Shown: positions 42,341 to 50,532 of the stretch, piece after piece | How the letters are laid out: every line of letters begins with the position of its first letter | Numbering within the stretch: position 1 is the stretch's first letter | NCBI GenBank assembly: GCA_003169695.1 | Contig: PNAS01000027.1 | Location: 40,488 to 104,487, forward strand | Source of the DNA: Spartobacteria bacterium | Lineage (GTDB): Bacteria; Verrucomicrobiota; Verrucomicrobiia; Chthoniobacterales; UBA10450 | Length of the DNA stretch: 64,000 bases | Reading direction: 5' to 3' | Made by a program: the position numbers and the translations under genes | The notes under the pieces: generated by a model | Seen by the model: only the letters and a program-made list of their open reading frames with translations | What the model was told of the DNA's origin: nothing | Databases searched by the model: none

Positions 42341-42712
42341 ATGATTCACGATTATCTTCCATTGCTACTGCACATTGGGGTCGCGATCGGCTTTGCAGTC
42401 TCCGCGCTGCTCGTCAGCGTGCTCCTCGGCATGGCCGGCCGACGCACACGCGTGAAAGATACCGCATACGAGTGCGGGATGGTGCCGCAGGGCGAAACGC
42501 AGCCGCGCTTCAGCGTGAAGTTTTACCTGGTCGCGATGCTTTTCATTCTCTTCGATCTCGAGATCGTGTTCATGTATCCGTGGGCGGTCGTTTACAAAGA
42601 GATGGTCGTCGAAAGCAAGCTGATCCTTTGGAGCATGTTGAGCTTTATCACGATCCTGATGGTCGGATACGTCTACGCACTGAAGAAGGGCGCACTGGAC
42701 TGGAAGAAATAG
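42341..42712 (+). CDS. nuoA: NADH-quinone oxidoreductase subunit A
   Basis: Three TM segments, AYECG motif and FSVKFYLVAMLFILFDLEIVFMYPWAV. Confidence 0.9.
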   Translation: MIHDYLPLLLHIGVAIGFAVSALLVSVLLGMAGRRTRVKDTAYECGMVPQGETQPRFSVKFYLVAMLFILFDLEIVFMYPWAVVYKEMVVESKLILWSMLSFITILMVGYVYALKKGALDWKK

Positions 42713-42807
42713 CGGCTGGTTTCCAACCAGACGGCTCAAGGGACCTTCGCTAAATCGCCGGTTTCCGGCTTGCCTGCCAGGCGCTCTCCACCTAAAGCTA
42801 AGCCCCC

Positions 42808-43125
42808 ATGGTGCATCACATCGTCTTATTCAAGCTCAAGCCCGAGGTCACTCTTGCGCGGATCGAAGAGATGATGATGAACACGCGCATGCAACTCCTG
42901 AAGATTCCAGAGGTGCTAAGCATTAAATGCGGAAAACGGATCGATCCGGAATTGCCCTGGCCCTTCTTTATCGCGATCGATTTCGAATCGATGGACCGGT
43001 ACGAGATCTTCCGCGAGGATCCGATCCATGTGAAATTTATGGAGGAAGTGATCAAGCCAAACACCTCTGATTCTCTTGCCCTCGATTTCGAGATGGATCC
43101 GGGGAAAGACGTCCGGTTTTCGTAG
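42808..43125 (+). CDS. Dabb (stress-responsive alpha/beta-barrel) family protein
   Basis: MVHHIVLFKLKPEV... and the ...FESMDRYEIFREDPIHVKF pattern. Confidence 0.8.
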   Translation: MVHHIVLFKLKPEVTLARIEEMMMNTRMQLLKIPEVLSIKCGKRIDPELPWPFFIAIDFESMDRYEIFREDPIHVKFMEEVIKPNTSDSLALDFEMDPGKDVRFS

Positions 43126-43211
43126 GTGGGATCGGCCGGCGGAGTCGAGCGACCCGCCCGACAGTGCGTTGCTATTTAAGCGCCGTGGCTTGATCATGCC
43201 GCGAAAGTCCA

Positions 43212-45140
43212 ATGCGACTCGCTTATCTCTACTCGCGTTATCCCGTTCTCTCGCAAACTTTTTGCGACACGGAGATGCTCGCGCTCGAACATCTGGGATT
43301 TGCCCTCATGGTCGGTTCGATCCATCCGCCACTCACGAGCATTCGACACGCGCATGCCGGCAGGCTGCAGGCCCCCATTTATTACGCGCCGCCGCAGCCG
43401 ATCCTGCGGCTCTGGGAAGAAAAAACTCGCGCGGAAAATCGATGGCCGGAGGCGCTCATCGCGACGCACGAACGAAAATACGGCAACGGGGTCAAGGCCG
43501 CGACGCGTGCTCGAAACGCCAGCTACTTCGCCGAACTGTTTGCGCGAAACAAAATCGACCACTTTCACGTGCACTTCGCGAACCGCGCGGCGCATACCGC
43601 CCTCTTTCTGAAAGCGATGGCGAACATCCGGTTCAGCATCACCGCGCACGGTCAGGATTTTATGGCTGATCTCGGCAACGACGATCTCCTCCGGGAGATT
43701 TGCGACGCCTCTGAGTTCGTCGCGGTTGAGACCGAATACAGTCGCGGCTTGATGGCGCAACGCTGTCCGGGGTCAGCGGATAAGATTCATCGCGTGTATA
43801 ACGGAATGAACCTCGCCAATTTTTTCCGACCCGCAGCGACCGTTCAAGTCGCTGGGTCCGTCCAAATTCTGAGCGTCGGGCGGCTGGTTGCGTTTAAGGG
43901 TTTCGAATACTTGATCGAAGCGTGCGAACAAATGCGGCGGCGGAGCGTCCAGTTCCGCTGTGAAATCGTCGGCGACGGGCCGTTGCGCGAAAGTTTGCAA
44001 CAACGGATTGATGATTTGCGACTCGGCGGCCTTGTGACGTTGCACGGCGCCTTGCCGCAAGACCGTGTCATCGAGAAACTCCAGCGGTGTGATGTTTTCG
44101 CGCTGGCCTCAACCGTGGACGATGCGAACGCGAGCGACATCTTTCCGACTGTGATCCTGGAGGCGATGGCATCCGCGCGCCCCGTGGTCTCGACTACGGT
44201 GGCCGGGATTCCTGAAGCGGTGGTCAATAAGGAAACGGGATTGCTGGTCCGGGCCGGCGAGAGCGGTCTTTTCGCCGACGCGTTGGAGATTCTCTGCCGG
44301 GACAGCGAGCTGAGAGCACGTTACGGCTCAGCTGGGCGCACGCGGATCGAAGATTACTTCAAAGTGGAAACGACGGTCCGACCGCTGATCGAACTCTTCG
44401 AAAAACACGGACGCGCCGCGGCCCCGGCGGCGGAGAGCCCGCCAAATTCTTCACCTCGAACAAGGATTGCTTACCTGATCGACCGGTGGCCCGATGACAC
44501 GTCGCCTTCGATCGAAACGGAATTGTTTGAACTTCAGAAACGAAACCATGCAGTGACGGCATTCGTCTGCGAATTCACGCCCGGCCTCCGGCGGACGGCC
44601 GGGATGAACCGATTGGCGCTTCAGCTCGAATTTCTCCCGGACGCGATGGCGATCGAAGCCGAATGGCAGGCCAATCGAAAGCTCGTGCTCGCCTTGGAAG
44701 ACGATCGCGCGAATGAAACCGCTCGCGCACCGGTCGACCTCTTTTTGCGGCAAGCGCGTTTTGCGATCACTTTGCGGCGGATGTTTGCCCAGAAGAATAT
44801 TTCCCACGTGCACGCGACCAGCTCGGGCGCGTTGATCTGCGGAGTTCTATTGAAGAAATTGCTCCGGGTCACTTTGAGCGCATCGATTGAAGCGAAGCCG
44901 CTGGTCTCGCGCGAGGTCATCGAGAATGCGCTGCGGCATGCCGTGGGTGGTCGAATTGCCGATCGCAAATTAAGCGAGCACCTGGGCGATCCTTTCGTCT
45001 TCGACCGCGCCGGCAGCAATCGCGTCTGGGTCCGAAGCCTGCGTTGGTTGAAACCGGTGAGCAGGATCGGTTTGACTCGCCGCGCCCGTTTTTGGCAGGA
45101 ATGGGCCGATCTGCTCGATCGCTGGAGCTCCGGGGCGTGA
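43212..45140 (+). CDS. GT4-family glycosyltransferase with ~230-aa C-terminal extension
   Basis: GT-B/GT4 motifs (VGRLVAFKGF, ...EAMASARPVVSTTVAGIPEAV). The extension resembles a second copy of the N-terminal half. Confidence 0.8.
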   Translation: MRLAYLYSRYPVLSQTFCDTEMLALEHLGFALMVGSIHPPLTSIRHAHAGRLQAPIYYAPPQPILRLWEEKTRAENRWPEALIATHERKYGNGVKAATRARNASYFAELFARNKIDHFHVHFANRAAHTALFLKAMANIRFSITAHGQDFMADLGNDDLLREICDASEFVAVETEYSRGLMAQRCPGSADKIHRVYNGMNLANFFRPAATVQVAGSVQILSVGRLVAFKGFEYLIEACEQMRRRSVQFRCEIVGDGPLRESLQQRIDDLRLGGLVTLHGALPQDRVIEKLQRCDVFALASTVDDANASDIFPTVILEAMASARPVVSTTVAGIPEAVVNKETGLLVRAGESGLFADALEILCRDSELRARYGSAGRTRIEDYFKVETTVRPLIELFEKHGRAAAPAAESPPNSSPRTRIAYLIDRWPDDTSPSIETELFELQKRNHAVTAFVCEFTPGLRRTAGMNRLALQLEFLPDAMAIEAEWQANRKLVLALEDDRANETARAPVDLFLRQARFAITLRRMFAQKNISHVHATSSGALICGVLLKKLLRVTLSASIEAKPLVSREVIENALRHAVGGRIADRKLSEHLGDPFVFDRAGSNRVWVRSLRWLKPVSRIGLTRRARFWQEWADLLDRWSSGA

Positions 45141-45152
45141 TCGCCTTTTCGC

Positions 45153-46052
45153 ATGAATAAAAAAGCAATTCTTCTCGCCGGGGGGGCAGGCACCCGCCTC
45201 TATCCGCTGACCAAGATTGTCTGCAAACAGCTGCTGCCCGTTTACGACAAGCCGATGATTTGCTATCCGCTCGCCACTCTGATGCTCGGCGGGTTGCGGG
45301 AAGTGTTGATTATCTCCACGCCAAAGGACCTACCGATGCTGCAGGATTATCTCGGCGACGGCTCACGGCTCGGAATCCGGATCGATTACGCCGCGCAGCC
45401 AAAGCCGGAAGGAATTGCCCAGGCGTTCCTCATCGGCGCGAAGTTTCTCGGCGATTCCGGCGCGTCCCTAATCCTGGGCGACAACATTTTCTACGGGAAA
45501 CTAGACTTCTTTCGCGAAGCGCTCGCCCTTGAGCGCGGCGCCTGCATTTTTGGTTATCAGGTGCGCGATCCCGAGCGCTATGGAGTAGTGGAGTTTGGCC
45601 CCGACGGTCGCGCGCTTAGCCTCGAGGAGAAGCCGAAACATCCCAAGAGCCACTTCGCGATCCCCGGGCTGTATGTTTACGACAACCGCGTCGTGGAATT
45701 TTGCCGGGATCTGCGGCCGTCAGCGCGCGGCGAACTGGAGATCACCGATCTCAATTTAGTTTATCTCAAGCAAAAAGGACTTCACGTAAAGTTATTGGGG
45801 CGCGGGATGGCGTGGCTGGACACAGGAACGCAAACCAGCTTGCTCGAAGCGGGAAATTACATCGCGACGATTGAACATCGGCAGGGTCTGAAAATCGCCT
45901 GTCTGGAAGAGGTCGCGTTCCGAATGGGCTTTATCAATGAGTCGGAACTGGAGCGAATCGTCGATGGGTTGCCGAAGGGCGAATACCAGGAATATCTGCA
46001 ACTCGTCTGTGCCGAGGGACCGACCGCGTATCCGCCCGAGCCAGCGGCGTGA
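45153..46052 (+). CDS. rfbA: Glucose-1-phosphate thymidylyltransferase
   Basis: KAILLAGGAGTRLYPLTKIVCKQLLPVYDKPMI..., GIAQAF, LGDNIFYG. Confidence 0.93.
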   Translation: MNKKAILLAGGAGTRLYPLTKIVCKQLLPVYDKPMICYPLATLMLGGLREVLIISTPKDLPMLQDYLGDGSRLGIRIDYAAQPKPEGIAQAFLIGAKFLGDSGASLILGDNIFYGKLDFFREALALERGACIFGYQVRDPERYGVVEFGPDGRALSLEEKPKHPKSHFAIPGLYVYDNRVVEFCRDLRPSARGELEITDLNLVYLKQKGLHVKLLGRGMAWLDTGTQTSLLEAGNYIATIEHRQGLKIACLEEVAFRMGFINESELERIVDGLPKGEYQEYLQLVCAEGPTAYPPEPAA

Positions 46053-46058
46053 TTCAGA

Positions 46059-46718
46059 TTATTTCGGCTGTTCGCGAAAGAGATGGTTCGCGTCGGCGAG
46101 TAACTTTGTGACGGCATCCGGCGCCAGCGCGTCGTAGTAGCCGCGGATTGTGCCGTGCCGATCGACCAACACGACGCGAGTGCTGTGGACCGGCATCCCT
46201 GTTTCGTCACTGCCTTCCGAAACGGCGAGCTTAAATCCGTCGCGCGTTAGCGCATAGATTGCGGGGCGCGAGCCAGTCAGAAAATCCCAACGCTTTGGCT
46301 GGGCGTGCAACTTTTCCGCGTAAACGCGCAACACTTCCGGTGTATCTTTTTCCGGATCGACAGTGAAGGAAACGAGATGAATGTCGGTCTTTTCAAGCGG
46401 CTTCTGCAATTCGCTCATCCGGCTGCTGATGATGGGGCATGGACCCGGGCAACTCGTGAAAATGAAATCAGCGATCCAGATTTTTCCAGCCAATTGCGCG
46501 GAACCAAATGGCTCGGCGTCTTGATTAACGAGCTCGAAAGACGGGAGAGCTCCATAGGAGGAGATGGTGCGGTTGGTCAGCTGCTGCACCTGTGCCTGAC
46601 GCAACCAAAGGAGCAGGCCAGCGGTCACGATCGGGATGAGAATCAGAGTCGCCTTCCACGCCGTCGAACTTCTCGGCGTCGGGTGCGTCAGGGGGACGGT
46701 CGCGGTTTCCGATTTCAT
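46059..46718 (-). CDS. SCO1/SenC-family copper chaperone
   Basis: Thioredoxin-fold CxxxC motif FTSCPGPCP, a downstream conserved His and an N-terminal TM. Last gene of the oxidase operon. Confidence 0.88.
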   Translation of the reverse strand: MKSETATVPLTHPTPRSSTAWKATLILIPIVTAGLLLWLRQAQVQQLTNRTISSYGALPSFELVNQDAEPFGSAQLAGKIWIADFIFTSCPGPCPIISSRMSELQKPLEKTDIHLVSFTVDPEKDTPEVLRVYAEKLHAQPKRWDFLTGSRPAIYALTRDGFKLAVSEGSDETGMPVHSTRVVLVDRHGTIRGYYDALAPDAVTKLLADANHLFREQPK

Positions 46719-47632
46719 GATTTGGTCAGGACGAGTGCAATGAGAAGCAAGGGCAGGTAGACGATCGACGCAAGAAAGAGCTTACGCGCATCGGCGGCCA
46801 CTTGTGTGCGCAGAAATCGCATCGCAACGAATATGAACAATCCATTGAGGATCAGCTCAACCAAGAGGTAAATCGAACTGACGACACCGAGGAAAGCGGG
46901 GATCCCGCCGACGAGAAGGAGAACAATGCAAAAGAAAACGCTCTGGCTCGCGCTACGTGTTCCGGTCTCGTCCCCCCTCGACACCATCTGAAATCCAGCC
47001 CGAGCATAATCGTCCCGGTACATCCAGGCGATGGCGAAAAAGTGTGGCAATTGCCAGAAGAAGAGGATGGCGAAAAGACTCCACGCGCCGGGATCCAGTC
47101 GTCCGCGGGCGGCAGCCCAGCCAATCATCGGTGGCAACGCTCCTGGAATTGCACCCACCAGCGTGTTCGCCGTGCTGATGCGTTTCAACGGTGTGTAACC
47201 GAAAATGTAAATGGCTATCGTTAGCGCTGCGAGGACGGCGCTCAGCCCGTTGCATGCGATCGTGAGATACGTTACTCCGGCGATCGCCAGCAGGCTCCCG
47301 ACAATGAACGCATCCCGCGGGAGCATGCGACCGGCGGGAATTGGTCTCGTTCTTGTGCGCTGCATGAGCGCGTCGAGCCGGCGTTCCCACCATTGATTCA
47401 GCGCGGCAGCCCCAGCAGCGGCGAGTGCAGTCCCGCAGACGGCGTGGAAAAGCGCAACGTACTTGATTGAGCCAACCGCACCCAGATAAAAACCGACCGC
47501 AGTGGTGAGTAGAACCAAAAGAGTCAATCGCGCTTTGACGAGTTCCGCGAAATCCGAACCCACGCGCCGGTGCGTTTCACTTTCGATGACTGTTGACTCA
47601 ACATTTACCGGAGGAATCGCGGCAGTTTTCAT
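46715..47632 (-). CDS. ctaB: Protoheme IX farnesyltransferase (heme O synthase)
   Basis: UbiA-family polytopic protein (GAALNQWWERRLDALMQRTRTRP). Overlaps ctaA and sco1 by 4 nt each. Confidence 0.92.
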   Translation of the reverse strand: MKTAAIPPVNVESTVIESETHRRVGSDFAELVKARLTLLVLLTTAVGFYLGAVGSIKYVALFHAVCGTALAAAGAAALNQWWERRLDALMQRTRTRPIPAGRMLPRDAFIVGSLLAIAGVTYLTIACNGLSAVLAALTIAIYIFGYTPLKRISTANTLVGAIPGALPPMIGWAAARGRLDPGAWSLFAILFFWQLPHFFAIAWMYRDDYARAGFQMVSRGDETGTRSASQSVFFCIVLLLVGGIPAFLGVVSSIYLLVELILNGLFIFVAMRFLRTQVAADARKLFLASIVYLPLLLIALVLTKS

Positions 47633-48684
47633 GACGCGTGCAGGTTTTCGGAGACGAGATAGCTGTGCTGCGTCGGCACCGCTTCCGAGTTTTGCGAGAG
47701 CCGCAGGGAGATTGTTGAAATGGCGACGCCCAAGGCAAGCATCGTTGCGCCTATCGCGACGTGAGCCGTCGCAATGTCAGCCGCTTTGTTGCTCCAGATA
47801 ACCCATGCCCCCAATGTGATCTGACAGGCCAGGAGCAGGAACCACGCGTCTGACAATCGCGCGAGTGGCGTGTCGCGCAGTTCCGCCGCGCGTGCCCGGA
47901 TCAAGCACGCGACCACGCCGGTGGCAATGACCAAAGCGAGAAAACGGTGAGCCATTTGCAACCAGATGTGAAACGGCGCAACCTCCGATAAAGCGCGTGC
48001 GTTCCGCCATGCGTTAATCTCGGCCAACCTCGCGGTCGTCAAAGTAGGAATGGCCTGACCGTAGGCGGTGGGAAAATCAAGAATCGCGAGATCACGATGT
48101 TCGTGCCGCATCGTCGCGCCGAGGGCAAGCTGCGCGTAGATCACGCTCGTTGTAAGAATGGCGACGCGCGCCAAAGATTGCGCGGCGCCGGATGGGAAAC
48201 CTTTAGCGGAAATACGCTGCCATAATCGCGACGTCGCAAGTGTGATGACGATGAGCAATCCAAAAAAACCCTGCGCAAGGCAGGCATGAAAGACTCCGAT
48301 CTCATCCTTCAACAAGGTAACGCGCAATCCGCCGAGCACGCCTTGCAAAATCACCGCACCGAGCGCTGCAAAACCCAGATTGCGGAGCCAGCGGCGACTT
48401 TCTCGGCGCCACAACCAGATGGCCAGAATGATCGTGAGAAAACCGACGGTCGAAGCAACCAGCCGATGGATGTGCTCGAAAAATATTCCGCCGACCCATT
48501 TCGAAATAGGAAAGAGAAACATGTTGTAACCGAAAGTCGTTGGCCAATCGGGAACAGCGAGACCAACTCCTTTGCTCGTGACCATGCCGCCGCTGCAAAT
48601 AAGAAAGAGCGTGGCGATGGCCGTGAAGAAGGCGAAACGATGAAGCCATCTTCTATAGGGGCGGTCTATGACCGTCGCAGGCAT
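47629..48684 (-). CDS. ctaA: Heme A synthase (COX15/CtaA)
   Basis: Polytopic with paired His motifs (EHIHRLVAS, AHRFLA, HVAIGA). ATG 48684 chosen; the ORF is open to TTG 48711. Confidence 0.88.
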   Translation of the reverse strand: MPATVIDRPYRRWLHRFAFFTAIATLFLICSGGMVTSKGVGLAVPDWPTTFGYNMFLFPISKWVGGIFFEHIHRLVASTVGFLTIILAIWLWRRESRRWLRNLGFAALGAVILQGVLGGLRVTLLKDEIGVFHACLAQGFFGLLIVITLATSRLWQRISAKGFPSGAAQSLARVAILTTSVIYAQLALGATMRHEHRDLAILDFPTAYGQAIPTLTTARLAEINAWRNARALSEVAPFHIWLQMAHRFLALVIATGVVACLIRARAAELRDTPLARLSDAWFLLLACQITLGAWVIWSNKAADIATAHVAIGATMLALGVAISTISLRLSQNSEAVPTQHSYLVSENLHAS

Positions 48685-48746
48685 CGAGGTTGGTTCGGCC
48701 ACGTAACGCAAAAGTGCAAGAATTCGGTGGTCATAGACCGCCCCTA
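48656..48746. repeat. Perfect 18-bp inverted repeat bracketing the ctaA start
   Basis: TAGGGGCGGTCTATGACC (48656-48673) and its exact reverse complement (48729-48746), with a 55-nt spacer. The outer arm has a GTAG head on the minus strand. Confidence 0.85.
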
Positions 48747-48777
48747 CCGGAAGAAATTCAGGCGCAAGCCGGCAAAC

Positions 48778-49701
48778 CTAATGTCCGCTGGGGCTCGGAG
48801 CTTTCGGGGGCTCGCCGGGTTTGGCGTCGGGCTGGCCGCTCGGGTTTGCGGTTTTGGGAGCGCCGGGTGGCGCCACGGTTCCGGGTGTCGGACCGACTGG
48901 AGGTTCAACGGGCGGTCGCTCGGTGGGCGCTGGCGCCGTTTGCGATCCGGAGAGTTCCACACGTTCCTTCAACCAGGCTTGATAATCCGCCGGATTGTCT
49001 ACGACAAGCATCCCTTTCATGCTGTAATGACCGAGTCCGCAAAGCTGGCCACAGACCACTTCGTAGCTGCCGGTCTTGATCGGTTTAAACCACATCGGAA
49101 TGATCTGGCCGGGAATCGCATCCTGTGCCATCCGCATGTGCGGGAGAGCGAAATTGTGGATCACGTCCTTCGAGGAAAGCTCGATAATGACTGGTCGATC
49201 GACTGGCACATGCAGTTCGCCAAGCACCACGATATCATCCTTCGACGCCGGGTCTTTTGAGTCGAGGCCAAGCGGATTGGAATTGGAAACGAGCGCGATA
49301 TCGCGTCGGCCGAACTGGCCGTCCGGTCCGGGCAAATGAAAATTCCAGTTAAACTGTTGACCAATCGCGTGGACGAGAATCGCGTCTTTGTCTTCCGGAA
49401 ACTGATTGACTCGCTTCGCCCAAAGCGGGATGGCGAAACCGATGAGCAGGACGGCTTCGATCAGCACCACGGCAAATTCCAAATGCGTGGAAATACCGCT
49501 CTTCACACCTTCGTGATCCGCGACCGGATGCCGGCCTTTGCGGAAACGCAGGAGCACGTAAATGAAAAATGCCGACCAGCCAAGAAAGAGCGCGCCCATG
49601 AACCAATGGCTGAATTCGATGATATGATCGATTTGATAGCCGTGCTCGGAAGCATTCGGCGGCAGCCCGATTAGTTCGTTGAGCAGCGCGAGCCTAGTCA
49701 T
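48778..49701 (-). CDS. ctaC: Cytochrome c oxidase subunit II (CuA cupredoxin; no fused cytochrome c)
   Basis: Two N-terminal TM helices. CuA ligands DVIHNF and CGQLCGLGHYSM. P/A-rich C-terminal tail. Confidence 0.9.
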   Translation of the reverse strand: MTRLALLNELIGLPPNASEHGYQIDHIIEFSHWFMGALFLGWSAFFIYVLLRFRKGRHPVADHEGVKSGISTHLEFAVVLIEAVLLIGFAIPLWAKRVNQFPEDKDAILVHAIGQQFNWNFHLPGPDGQFGRRDIALVSNSNPLGLDSKDPASKDDIVVLGELHVPVDRPVIIELSSKDVIHNFALPHMRMAQDAIPGQIIPMWFKPIKTGSYEVVCGQLCGLGHYSMKGMLVVDNPADYQAWLKERVELSGSQTAPAPTERPPVEPPVGPTPGTVAPPGAPKTANPSGQPDAKPGEPPKAPSPSGH

Positions 49702-49954
49702 ATTGATCCAAATCCTCGTTGGTCAATTCTTGATGCGGCTCGAGCGGCGTGTGGGCATGCCGCCAGAGATGGAAACTGAAGGCTCCGACTCCGCCCATGA
49801 CAGACATGACGACCCCCATCAGAACCCAAATCGCGACTGCCATATGCTCGGTGGTCTTGCCATCTTTCGCGCCATAACAAACCGAGCAGGCGAGCATTTG
49901 CCCCATTTGCGAACCGAGAAAGAGCGTAAACGCAACGAGCAACTTCGTTCTCAT
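49694..49954 (-). CDS. Small membrane protein with CSVCYG motif (86 aa)
   Basis: The ATG overlaps the stop of the upstream small ORF (ATGA), and its end overlaps the coxII start by 8 nt. N-terminal hydrophobic segment ending in LACSVCYG, plus a second TM. Confidence 0.55.
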   Translation of the reverse strand: MRTKLLVAFTLFLGSQMGQMLACSVCYGAKDGKTTEHMAVAIWVLMGVVMSVMGGVGAFSFHLWRHAHTPLEPHQELTNEDLDQYD

Positions 49955-50160
49955 GTGATAATCCGAAGGCGTTTCATTTTCCGGTAAAACCAAACGCCGT
50001 AAGCGATAAGCGCCAGTGCGGCGACAAACGAACAAATCGCGCCGGCTCGAAAAGCCGGGGCGCCCTCCATGCGCTCGACCCAGATACACCACGCGCCCAC
50101 ACCGAGCGCCAGCAGCGTCGAGACGGTGATGAAAACGATATGGAATCCTTTCAGCGACAT
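49951..50160 (-). CDS. Small two-TM membrane protein (69 aa)
   Basis: The ATG directly abuts the coxIV stop. Two clear hydrophobic helices and a basic C-terminus. Confidence 0.55.
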   Translation of the reverse strand: MSLKGFHIVFITVSTLLALGVGAWCIWVERMEGAPAFRAGAICSFVAALALIAYGVWFYRKMKRLRIIT

Positions 50161-50529
50161 TTAGCGAGTGATTGGATCGTACCAGGCCAGATAGATGAGC
50201 CAAAAAAGTCCAGAGACGAAGAAGAAGGTGAAGATCAGGATGCGATAGATCATCCTCTTCTCGGAGGAGAGATGCATGAAGATCGCCGCGACGAGGCCTG
50301 CCTTAAAGGTGGCCACGAGCAGCGCGACCGCGACATTGGCCTTTTGCGTTCCGAAATTGACGTAGGAGAGAAAAACGGTGATGGCGGTAAAGAGGAGGAG
50401 CGTCCCGCCGACCATGAGGTAACCGCGGATGTGTTTCGAAACATCGTGGGCGGCGTGCTCGTCGTGCGAAGCATCTCCGGTGGTCGCGGCGGCTGTCTCG
50501 GCGATGAGCGGTTCGTGCGATTCGTCCAT
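50161..50529 (-). CDS. ctaF: Cytochrome c oxidase subunit IV (bacterial CtaF/CoxIV family)
   Basis: 122 aa, three TM segments. Pattern HDVSKHIRGYLMVGGTLLLFTAITV...VALLVATFKAGLVAAIFMHL. Confidence 0.8.
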   Translation of the reverse strand: MDESHEPLIAETAAATTGDASHDEHAAHDVSKHIRGYLMVGGTLLLFTAITVFLSYVNFGTQKANVAVALLVATFKAGLVAAIFMHLSSEKRMIYRILIFTFFFVSGLFWLIYLAWYDPITR

Positions 50530-50532
50530 TGA

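Noticed and set aside
41917-42342. 141-aa minus-strand ORF overlapping the 122-aa + strand ORF
   Set aside because: It has an Ala/Arg/Ser-rich composition with poly-Ala runs, which mirrors the GC-rich poly-Ala coding tail of the + strand ORF. The + strand ORF has the more protein-like N-terminal 80 residues and fits the local + strand gene series.
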